Assembly: GCA_038087875.1 (NCBI GenBank)
Contig: JAXLNO010000051.1
Location: forward strand, 744,001-808,000
Reading direction: 5' to 3'
Length of the DNA stretch: 64,000 nucleotides
Source: Malacoraja senta
Lineage: Eukaryota
Below the pieces are notes generated by a model. That model was not told the origin of the DNA. It did not search any database and saw only the letters and a list, made by a program, of their open reading frames with translations. Position numbers and translations under genes: made by a program. Of the stretch, positions 1 to 11,604 are shown in pieces (position 1 is the stretch's first letter; every line of letters starts with the position of its first letter).

Positions 1-3000
1 ATTTTGCGTGCTGAGTGTTTGTAGCTTTTCGCATGCTGAATTTTCGGCGTTTTTCACGTCCTTCATTTATGTTGCTTTTCGCGTGCTTCATTTTCATCGC
101 TTTTCGTGGCCTGAAGGTTCGTCACTTTTCGCATGCTGAATTTTCGTTGCATTCCTCATGTTGAATTTTCATCGATTTTCGTATGCTGAATTTTCGCCGC
201 TTTTCACGTTCTGAAATTTCGTCACATTTCGCGTGCTGAATTTTCGCATCCTGAACTTTCGTCGCTTTTCACATGCTGAATTATCATTGCTTTTCGCAGG
301 CTGAATTGTCGTCACTTTTCACGTCCTGTTATTTCGTCGCTTTCTGCGTCCTGTTGTTTCATCGCATTTCGCGTCCTGAATTTACGTTGGTTTTAACGTG
401 CATCATTTTCATCGCTTTTCACGTCCTTAAGGTTCCTCTCTTTTCGCGTGCTGAAATGTTGTCGCTTTTCGCTTGCTGAATTTTCGTCACATTTCGTGTG
501 CTGAAATTTTGTTGCTTTATTCGTTCTGAAATTTTGCCGCTTTATGCGTCCTGAATTTTCGTCGCTTTTCGCATGCTGTATTTTCATCGCTTTTCACGTT
601 TTGAAATTTTGTCACTTTTCCGTGCTGAATTTTCGTCGCTTTTCACATCCTGAAAGTTCGTCGCTTTTCTCATGCTGAATTTTCGTCACTTTTCACGTGC
701 TGAATTTTCGTCGCTTTTTGCGTCCTGAAAATTAGTAGCATTTCACTTCCTGAATTTTTGTCACATTTCATGTCCTGAATTATCGTCACTTTTAGCGTCC
801 CGAATTTTCATCGCTTTTCGCATACTTTTCGTGTGCTGAATTTTCGTCGCTTTTGGCATCCTGAACGTTCGTCACTTTTCATGTGCTGAAAATTTCGTCG
901 CATTTTGCGTGCTGAGTGTTTGTAGCGTTTCGCATGCTGAATTTTCGTCGTTTTTCACGTCCTTCATTTATGTTGCTTTTCGCGGGCTTCATTTTCATCG
1001 CTTTTCGTGGCCTGAAGGTTCGTCACTTTTCGCATGCTGAATTTTCGTTGCATTCCTCATGCTGAATTTTCATCGATTTTCGTATGCTGAATTTTCGCCG
1101 CTTTTCACGTTCTGAAATTTCGTCACATTTCGCGTGCTGAATTTTCGCATCCTGAACTTTCGTCGCTTTTCGCATGCTGAATTATCATTGCTTTTCGCAG
1201 GCTGATTTGTCGTAGCTTTTCGCGTGCTGAAATTTCGTCACTTTTCACGTCCTGTTATTTCGTCGCTTTCTGCATCCTGTTGTTTCATCGCATTTCGCGT
1301 CCTGAATTTACGTTGGTTTTAACGTGCATCATATTCATCGCTTTTCACGTCCTTAAGGTTCCTCTCTTTTCGCGTGCTGAAATGTTGTCGCTTTTCGCTT
1401 GCTGAATTTTCGTCGCATTTCGTGTGCTGAAATGTTGTTGCTTTATTCGTTCTGAAATTTTGCCGCTTTATGCGTCCTGAATTTTCGTCGCTTTTCGCAT
1501 GCTGAATTTTCATCGCTTTTCACGTTTTGAAATTATATCACTTTTCCATGCTGAATTTTCGTCGCTTTTCACATCCTGAAAGTTCGTCGCTTTTCTCATG
1601 CTGAATTTCAGTCACTTTTCACGTGCTGAATTTTCGTCGCTTTTTGCGTCCTGAAAATGAGTAGCATTTCACTTCCTGAATTTTTGTCACATTTCATGTC
1701 CTGAATTATCGTGACTTTTAGCGTCCCGAATTTTCATCGCTTTTCGCATACTTTTCGTGTGCTGAATTTTCGTCGCTTTTCGCATGCTGAATTTTCGCCG
1801 CTTTTCACGTGCTTCATTTATGTCAGTTCGCATGCTTCATTTTCATCGCTTTTTGTGTCCTGAAGGTTCGTCACTTTTCGCATGCTGAAGTTTGATCGCT
1901 TTTCGCGTCCTGAAATGTCGTCACTTTTCGCATGCTGAATTTTCGCGTCCTGAAGGTACGTCGCTTTTCACGTGCTGAATTTTCGTTTGTTTTCGCGTGC
2001 AGAATTTTCGTTAATTTTCACATCATGAAGGTTTGTTGCCTTTCACGTGCTAAAGTTTCGTCACTTTTCGCTTGCTGAATTTTCATCGCTTTTCACTTGC
2101 TGAAATTTCGTAGCTTTTCACGTCCTGAAATTTCGTCGCTTTATGCTTCCTGATGTTTCATCGCATTTCGCAGCCTGAATTTACGTCGCTTTTCATGCTG
2201 AATTTTTGTCACTTTTCACATGCAGAATTTTGGTCTCATTGCGCATGCTTCATTTTCATTGCTTTTCGCATCCTGAAGGTTCATCGCTTTTCGCATGCTG
2301 AATTTTTGTTGCATTTCGCATGCTGATTTTCGTTGCATTTCGCATGCTGAATTTTCATTGGTTTTCGCGTGGGGAATTTTCGTCACTTTTCGCATCCTGA
2401 AGGTTTGTAGCTTTTCGCGTGCTGAATTTTCGTCCCTTTCCATGTGCTGAATTTTCGTTGGTTTTCGCATGCTTCATTTTCATCGCTTTTCGTACCCTGG
2501 AGGTCCCTCTTTTTGCGTGTAAAATTTTCATCGCTTTTCGCTTGTTGAAATTTCGTCGCTTTTCACGTCCTGAAATTTCGTCGCTTTATGCGTCCTGATG
2601 TATCATCGCATTTCATGTCCTGAATTTATGTCGCTTTTCGTGTGATGAGTTTTCGTCGCTTTTCACGTGCTGAATTTTTGTAGCTTTTCGCATGCTGAAT
2701 TTTAGTCACTTTTCACGTGCTGAATTTTCATCGCTTTTCACGTTCTGAAATTTTGTCACTTTTCCGTGCTGAATTTTCGTCGCCTTTCACATCCTGAAAG
2801 TTCGTCGCTTTTCGCGTGCTGAATTTTCGTCACTTTTCATGTGCTGAATTTTCGTCGCTTTTTGTGCACTGAAAATTAGTTGCATTTCACGTCCTGAATT
2901 TTTGTCACATTTCATGTCCTGAATTTTCGTCACTTTTAGCGTCACGAATTATCATCGCTTTTCGCATCCAGAAGGTTCGTCGCTTTTCGTGTGCTTAATT

Positions 3001-6000
3001 TTCGTCGCTTTTCACATGCTGAAATTTTGTCGCTTTTCATTTTGCGTGCTGAGTGTTTGTAGCTTTTCGCATGCTGAATTTTCGGCGTTTTTCACGTCCT
3101 TCATTTATGTTGCTTTTCGCGTGCTTCATTTTCATCGCTTTTCGTGGCCTGAAGGTTCGTCACTTTTCGCATGCTGAATTTTCGTTGCATTCCTCATGCT
3201 GAATTTTCATCGATTTTCGTATGCTGAATTTTCGCCGCTTTTCACGTTCTGAAATTTCGTCACATTTCGCGTGCTGAATTTTCGCATCCTGAACTTTCGT
3301 CGCTTTTCGCATGCTGAATTATCATTGCTTTTCACAGGCTGAATTGTCGTCGCTTTTCGCGTGCTGAAATTTCGTCACTTTTCACGTCCTGTTATTTCGT
3401 CGCTTTCTGCGTCCTGTTGTTTCATCGCATTTCGCGTCCTGAATTTACGTTGATTTTAACGTGCATCATTTTCGTCGCTTTTCACGTCCTTAAGGTTCCT
3501 CTCTTTTCACGTGCTGAAATGTTGTCACTTTATGCGTCCTGAATTTTCGTCGCTTTTCGCATGCTGAATTTCCATCGCTTTTCACGTTTTGAAATTTTGT
3601 CACTTTTCCGTGATGAATTTTCGTCGGTTTTCACATCCTGAAAGTTCGTCGCTTTTCTCATGCTGAATTTTCGTCACTTTTCAGGTGCTGAATTTTCGTC
3701 GCTTTTTGCGTCCTGAAAATTAGTAGCATTTCACGGCCTGAATTTTTATCACATTTCATGTCCTGAATTATCGTCACTTTTAGCGTCCCGAATTTTCATC
3801 GCTTTTCGCATACTGAAGGTTTGTCACTTTTCGTGTGCTGAATTTTCGTCGCTTTTCACATGCTGAATTATCGTCGCTTTTTGCGTGCTGAATTTTCGTA
3901 GCTTTTCGCATGCTGAATTTTCGTCGCTTTTCGCGTGCTTCATTTTCGTCGCTTTTTGTGTCCTGAAGGTTCGTCACTTTTCGCAAGCTGAATTTTCATC
4001 GCTTTTCGCGTCCGCAAGTTTCGTCACTTTTTGCATGCTGAATTTTCGTTGCTTTCCTCATGCTGAATTTTCGTCGATTTTCGCATGCTGAATTTTCGCC
4101 GCTTTTCACGTGCTTCATTTATGTCAGTTTGCATGCTTCATTTTCATCGCTGTTAGCGTCCTGAAGGTTCGTCACTTTTCGCATGCTGAACTTTGATCGC
4201 TTTTCACGTCCTGAAATTTCGTCACTTTTCGCATGCTGAATTTTCACGTCCTGAATGTACGTCGCTTTTCGCGTGCTGAAATTTCGTTGGTTTTCGCGTG
4301 CAGAATTTTCCTTAATTTTCACATCATGAAGGTTTGTCGCCTTTCACGTGCTAAAGTTTCGTCACTTTTCGCTTGCTGAAATTTCGTAGCTTTTCAAGTC
4401 CTGAAATTTTGTCGCTTTATGCTTCCTGATGTTTCATCGCATTTCGCATCCTGAATTTACGTCGTTTTTCATGCAGAATTTTTGTCACTTTTCACATGCT
4501 GAATTTTGGTCGCATTGCGCATGCTTCATTTTCATTGCTTTTAGCGTCCTGAAGGTTCGTCACTTTTCGCATGCTGAAGTTTGATCGCTTTTCACGTCCT
4601 GAAATTTTGTCACTTTTCGCATGCTGAATTTTCACGTCCTGAATGTACGTCGCTTTTCGCGTGCTGAATTTTCGTTGGTTTTCGCGTGCAGAATTTTCCT
4701 TAATTTTCACATCATGAAGGTTTGTCGCCTTTCACGTGCTAAAGTTTCGTCACTTTTCGCTTGCTGAATTTTCATCTCTTTTCACTTGCTGAAATTTCGT
4801 AGCTTTTCAAGTCCTGAAATTTTGTCGCTTTATGCTTCCTGATGTTTCATCGCATTTCGCATCCTGAATTTACGTCGTTTTTCATGCAGAATTTTTGTCA
4901 CTTTTCACATGCTGAATTTTGGTCGCATTGCGCATGCTTCATTTTCATTGCTTTTCGCGTCCTGAAGGTTCATCGCTTTTCGCATGCTGAATTTTTGTTG
5001 CATTTCGCATGCTGAATTTTCGTTGCATTTCGCATGCTGAATTTTCATTGGTTTTCGCGTGGGGAATTTTCGTCACTTTTCGCATCCTGAAGGTTTGTAG
5101 CTTTTCGCGTGCTGAATTTTCGTCCCTTTCCATGTGCTGAATTTTCGTTGGTTTTCGCATGCTTCATTTTCATCGCTTTTCGCACCCTGGAGGTCCCTCT
5201 TTTTGCATGTAACATTTTCATCGCTTTTCGTTTGTTGAAATTTCGTCGCTTTTCACGTCCTGAAATTTCGTCGCTTTATGCGTCCTGATGTTTCATCGCA
5301 TTTCGTGTCCTGAATTTACGTCGCTTTTCGGGTGATGAATTTTTGTCCCTTTTCACGTGCTGAATTTTTGTAGCTTTTCGCATGCTGAATTTTAGTCGCT
5401 TTTCACGTGCTGAATTTTCATCGCTTTTCACGTTCTGAAATTTTGTCACTTTTCCGTGCTGAATTTTCGTCGCCTTTCACATCCTGAAAGTTCGTCGCTT
5501 TTCGCGTGCTGAATTTTCGTCACTTTTCATGTGCTGAATTTTCGTCGCTTTTTGTGCACTGAAAATTTGTTGCATTTCACGTCCTGAATTTTTGTCACAT
5601 TTCATGTCCTGAATTTTCGTCACTTTTAGCGTCACGAATTATCATCGCTTTTCGCATCCAGAAGGTTCGTCAGTTTTCGTGTGCTTAATTTTCGTCGCTT
5701 TTCACATGCTGAAATTTCGTCGCTTTTCCTGTGCTGAAATTTTGTCGCTTATCGCGTCCTGTAATTTCGACGCATTATGCATCCTGAAATTTAGTCGCTT
5801 TTCGTGTCTTGAATTTATGTGGCTGTTGGCATTTTGAATTTTTGTCTACTTTCAGGGCCTGAATTTTCACTGCTTTTCGCGTGCTGAATTTTCGTCGCTT
5901 TTGGCATCTTGAAGGTTCGTCACTTTTCAAGTGTTGAATTTTCATCGCTTTTTGCGTGCTGAGTTTTTGTAGCTTTTCGCATGCTGAATTTTCATCACTT

Positions 6001-9000
6001 TTCACATCCTTCATTTATGTTGCTTTTCGCGTGCTTCATTTTCATCGCTTTTCGTGGCCTGAAGATTCGTCACTTTTTGCATGCTGAATTATCATCGCTT
6101 TTCGCAGGCTGAATTTTCGTCGCTTTACGCGTGCTGAAATTTCGTCACTTTTCACGTCCTGAATTTTCGTCGCTTTATGCGTCCTGTTGTTTCATCGCAT
6201 TTCGCGTCCTGAATTTACGTTGGTTTTAACGTGCATCATTTTCGTCGCTTTTCACGTCCTTAAGGTTCCTCTCTTTTTGCGTGCTGAAATTTTGTCGCTT
6301 TTCGCTTGCTGAATTTTCGTCGCATTTCGTGTGCTGAAATTTTGTTTCTTTATTCGTTCCGAAATTTTGCCGCTTTATACGTCCTGAATTTTCGTCGCTT
6401 ATCGCATGCTGAATTTTCATCGCTTTTCACGTTTTGAAATTTTGTCACTTTTCCGTGGTGAATTTTCGTCGCTTTTCACATCCTGAAAGTTCGTCGTTTT
6501 CGCATGCTGAATTTTCGTCACTTTTCACGTGCTAAATTTTCGTTGCTTTTTGCGTCCTGAAAATTAGTAGCATTTCACGTCCTGAATTTTTGTCACATTT
6601 CATGTCCTGAATTTTCGTCACTTTTAGCATCCCCAATTTTCATCGCTTTTCGCATACTGAAGGTTCGACGCTTTTCGTGTGCTGAATTTTCGTCGCTTTT
6701 CACATGCTGAATTTTCGTCGCTTTTTGCGTGCTGAATTTTCGTCGCTTTTTGCGTCCTGAAAATTAGTAGCATTTCACGTCCTGAATTTTTGTCACATTT
6801 CATGTCCTGAATTATCGTCACTTTTAGCGTCCCGAATTTTCATCGCTTTTCGCATACTGAATTTTCGTCGCTTTCCGTGTGCTGAATTTTCGTCGCTTTT
6901 CACATGCTGAATTTTCGTCGCTTTTTGCGTGCTGAATTTTAGTAGCTTTTCGCATGCTGAATTTTCGTCGCTTTTCGCGTGCTTCATTTTCGTCGCTTTT
7001 TGTGTCCTGGTGGTTCGTCACTTTTCGCAAGCTGAATTTTCATCGCTTTTCGCGTCCTGAAGTTTCGTCACTTTTCGCATGCTGAATTTTCGTTGCTTTC
7101 CTCATGCTGAATTTTCGTCGATTTTCGCATGCTGAATTTTTGCCACTTTTCACGTTCTGAAATTTCGTCATACATCGCGTGCTGAATTTTTGCATCCTGA
7201 ACTTTCGTTGCTTTTCGCAGGCTGAATTGTCGTCGCTTTTCGCGTGCTGAAATTTCGTACTTTTCACGTCCTGTTATTTCGTCGCTTTTTGCGTCCTGTT
7301 GTTTCATCGCATTTCGCGTCCTGAATTTTCGTTGGTTTTAATGTGCATCATTTTCATCGCTTTTCACGTCCTTAAGTTTCCTCTCTTTTCGCGTGCTGAA
7401 ATGTTGTCGCTTTTCGCTTGCTGAATTTTCGTCGCATTTCGTGTGCTGAAATTTTGTTTCTTTATTCGTTCCGAAATTTTGCCGCTTTATACGTCCTGAA
7501 TTTTCGTCACTTTTCGCATGCTGAATTTTCATCGCTTTTCACGTTTTGAAATTTTGTCACTTTTCCGTGGTGAATTTTCGTCGCTTTTCACATCCTGAAA
7601 GTTCGTCGTTTTCGCATGCTGAATTTTCGTCACTTTTCACGTGCTAAATTTTCGTCGCTTTTTGCGTCCTGAAAATTAGTAGCATTTCACGTCCTGAATT
7701 TTTGTCACATTTCATGTCCTGAATTTTCGTCACTTTTAGCATCCCCAATTTTCATCGCTTTTCACATACTGAAGGTTCGACGCTTTTCGTGTGCTGAATT
7801 TTCGTCGCTTTTCACATGCTGAATTTTCGTCGCTTTTTGCGTGCTGAATTTTAGTAGCTTTTTGCATGCTGAATTTTCGTCGCTTTTCGCGTGCTTCATT
7901 TTCGTTGCTTTTTGTGTCCTGAAGGTTCGTCACTTTTCGCAAGCTGAATTAACATCGCTTTTCGCGTCCTGAAGTTTCGTCACTTTTCGCATGCTCAATT
8001 TTCGTCGCTTTACTCATGCTGAATTTTGGACGATTTTCACATGCTGAATTTTCGCCGCTTTTCACGTCCTTCATTTATGTCAGTTCGCATGCTTCATTTT
8101 CATTGCTTTTAGCGTCCTGAAGGTTCGTCACTTTTCGCATGCCGACATTTCATCGCTTTTCGCGTCGTGAAAATTCGTCACTTTTCGTATGCTGAATTTT
8201 CGCGTCCTGAAGGTACGTCGCTTTTCGTGTGCTGAATTTTCGTTGGTTTTCGCATGCGGAATTTTCGTTAAATTTCACATCCTGAAGGTTTGTCGCCTTT
8301 CACGTGCTGAATTTTCATTGCTTTTTGCGTCCTGAAGGTTCCTCTCTTTTCGCGTGCTAAAGTTTCGTCACTTTTTGCTTGCTGAATTTTCATCACTTTT
8401 CACTTGCTGAAATTCCGTTGCTTTTCACGTCCTGAAATTTCGTCGCTTTATGCTTCCTAATGTTTCATCGCATTTCTCATCCTGAATTTACGTCGCTTTT
8501 CATGCTGAATTTCTGTCAGTTTTCACATGCTGAATTTTGGTCGCATTGCGCATGCTTCATTTTCATTGCTTTTCGCGTCCTGAAGGTTCATCGCTTTTCG
8601 CATGCTGAATTTTTGTTGCATTTCGCAGGCTGAATTTTCGTTGCATTTCGCATTCTGAATTTTCATTGGTTTTCGCATGCGGAATTTTCGTCACTTTTTG
8701 CATCCTGGTTTGTAGCTTTTCTCGTGCTGAATTTTCGTCCCTTTCCGTGTGCTGAGTTTTCGTTGGTTTTCGCATGCTTCATTTTCATCGCTTTTCGCAC
8801 CCTGGTCCCTCTTTTTGTGTACAAAATGTTCATCGCTTTTCGCTTGTTGAAATTTCGTCGCTTTTCACGTCCTGAAATTTCGTCACATTATGCGTCCTGA
8901 TGTTTCATCGCATTTCATGTCCTGTATTTTCGATGGTTTTCGCGTGCGGAATTTTAGTTACTTTTCGCATCCTGAATGTTTGTCGACTTTCGCGTGCTGA

Positions 9001-11505
9001 ATTTCCGTCACTTTTCGTGTGCTGAATTTTTGTTGGTTTTCGCATGCTTCATTTTCATTGCTTTTCGGGTCCTGAAGGTTCCTCTCTTTTCGCGTGCTGA
9101 AGTTTCGTCGTTTTCGCTTGCTGAATTTTCGGCGCTTTTCTTGTGCTGAATTATCAGCGCTTTTTACGTTCTGAAATTTCATCGCTTTTCACTTGCTGAA
9201 ATTTCGTTGCTTTATGCCTCCTGATGTTTCATTGCATTTCATGTCCTGAATTTACGTCGCTTTTCGTGTGTTGAATTTTCATCGCTTTTCTCTTGCTGAA
9301 ATTTCGTTGCTTTTCACGTCCTGAAATGTCGTCGCTTTATACGTCCTGATGTTTCATCGCATTTCGCATCCTGAATTTACGTCGCTTTTCATATGCTGAA
9401 TTTTTGCTACTTTTCGCCTGCTGAATTTTTGTCATTTATCGCATGCTGAATTTCCGTCGTTTTTTGCATTCTTCATTCTCATCACTTTTCGTGTCCTGAA
9501 GGTTCGTCGCTTTTCGAATGCTGAAATTTCGTCGCATTTCGCATGCTGAATTTTCATTGATTTTCGCGTGCAGAATTTTCGTCGCTTTTCGTGATCTGCA
9601 GGTTCGCTGCTTTTCATGTGCTGAATTTTCATTGGTTTTCGCGTGCAGAATTTTCGTAACTTTTCGCGTGCTGAATTTTCGTTGGTTTTCGCGTGCTTCA
9701 TTTTCATTGCTTTCGCATCCTGAAAGTTCCTCTCTTTTTGCGTGCTGAAGTTTCGTCACTTTTCGCTTGCTGAATTTTCGTCGCTTTTCGTGTGCTGAAA
9801 TTTTGTCGCTTTTCTCGTTCTGAAATTTCGTCGCTTTTCTCATGCTGAATTTTCGTCACTTTTCGTCTGCTGAATTTTCGGCGCTTTTCACGATCTGAAA
9901 TTTCGTCACTTTTCACGTGGTGAATTTTCGTCGCTTTTCGCATGCTCTATTTTCGTCGCTTTTCACGTACTGAATTTTCATCGCTTTTCACAGCCTGAAT
10001 TTTCATCGCTTTTCGCTTGCTGAAATTTCGTTGCTTTTCACGTCCTGATTTAGTCGCTTTATGCATCCTGATGTTTCATCGCGTTTCGCGTCCTGAATTT
10101 ACATCGCTTTTCGTATGCTGAATTTTCGTCGCTTTTCGTGTGCTGAATTTTTGTCACTTTTCGCATGCTTAATTTTCGTCGCATTTCGCGTGCTTCATTT
10201 TCATCGCTTTTTGCGTCCTGATGTTTTGCCGCGATTTGCATGCCAAATTTTGGTCTCTTTTTGCATGCTGAATTTTAGTCGCTTTTTGCCTGCTAAATTT
10301 TCGTCTCTTTTCACAGTCTGAAATGTAGTCACTTTTCACGTGTGGAATTTCCGTCGCTTTTCGCGTATTGAAGGCTTGTCACTTTACGCATGCAGAATTT
10401 TCATTGTTTTTATCGTCCTGAAGGTTCCTCTCTTTCCGCGTGCTGAATTTTCGTCGCTTTTCGCATGCTGAATTTTCATCGCTTTTTGTGTGTTAAAATT
10501 TCGGCGCTTTTCGTTTGCTGATATTTCGTCGCATTTCACGTCCTGAAATGTCGTTGCTTTATTCATCCTGATATTACGTCGCTTTTCGCGAGCTGAATTT
10601 TTGTCGCTTTTTGCATGCTGAATTTTAGTCGCTTTTTGCGTGCTTCATTTTCATCGCTTTTCGTGTCTTGATGTTTCTTCGCTTTTCGCATGCTGAATTT
10701 TCGTCGGTATTTCACATGCTGAATTTTCGTCGCCTTTCATGTCCTGAAATTTCGTCGCCATTCACGTCCTGAAATTTCGTCGCTTTATTCGTCCTGATAT
10801 TACGTCACTTTTCGCGTGTGAATTTTTTTCGCATTTTGCCTGCTGAATTTTCGTCGCTGTTTGTGTGCTTAATTTTCATCGCTTTTTGCGTCTTGAAGGT
10901 TCGTCGCTTTTCGCAGGCTGAACTTTCGTCGCTTTTCGCATGCTAAAATTTAGTCGCCTTTCATGTCCTGAAATTTCGTCGCCTTTCATGTACTGAAATT
11001 TCGTTGCTTTATTCGTCCTGATATTACGTCGCTTTTCGCGTGCTGAAATTTGGTTGCTTTTTGCAGGCTGAATTTTCGTGGCTTTTCGCGTGGAAAATGT
11101 TTGTAACTTTTCACGTTCTGAAATTTAGTCACTTTTCACGTGCGGGTTTGTCGCTTTTCGCGTGCTGAATTTTCGTCACTTTACTTGTGCAGAATTTTCA
11201 TTGGTTTTAACGTCCTGAAGGTTCCTCTCTTTTCGCGTGCTGAATTTTCGTCACATTTCGCATGCTGAATTTCCGTCGCTTTTAGTGTGCTGAAATTTCA
11301 CCGCTTTTCACGATCTTAAATTTCGTCACTTTATGTGTCCTGATGTTTCATCGATTTATTCGTCCTGATATTACGTCGCTTTTCGCGTGCTGAAGTTTGG
11401 TTGCTTTTTGCATGCTGAATTTTCGTGGCTTTTCACGTGGAAAATGTTTGTAACTTTTCACGTTCTGAAATTTAGTCACTTTTCACGTGCGGGTTTGTCG
11501 CTTTT
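1..11505. repeat. 25-bp tandem satellite array, block 1 (runs off the window start)
   Basis: Continuous degenerate repeats of TGCTGAATTTTCGTCGCTTTTCGCR. Minus-strand translations have a 25-aa period (KIQHAKSDENSACEKRRKFSMRKAT = 3 x 25 bp). Confidence 0.97.
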
Positions 11506-11604
11506 CATAGATACATAGATACATAGAAAATAGGTGCAGGAGTAGGCCATTCGGCCCTTCGAGCCTGCACCGCCATTCAATACGATCATGGCTGATCATC
11601 CAAC
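11506..11604 (-). other. CR1 3' UTR: stem-loop plus 8-bp terminal repeat (TATCTATG)n
   Basis: Inverted repeat GGTGCAGG (11533-11540) / CCTGCACC (11564-11571) encloses a GGCC-N4-GGCC hairpin. CATAGATA x2 plus CATAGAAA at 11506-11529. A 3' hairpin with an octamer tail is the established CR1 3' architecture. Confidence 0.9.

Noticed and set aside
2454..2470. CENP-B box-like TTTCGTTGGTTTTCGC variants
   Set aside because: Only the TTCG half of the NTTCGNNNNANNCGGGN core matches; the A and the CGGG are missing.
11160..11506. 347-bp repeat as a giant target site duplication of copy 1
   Set aside because: The arrangement is A-B-A-[LINE]-B-C; the 347 bp on either side of the element are not the same sequence.
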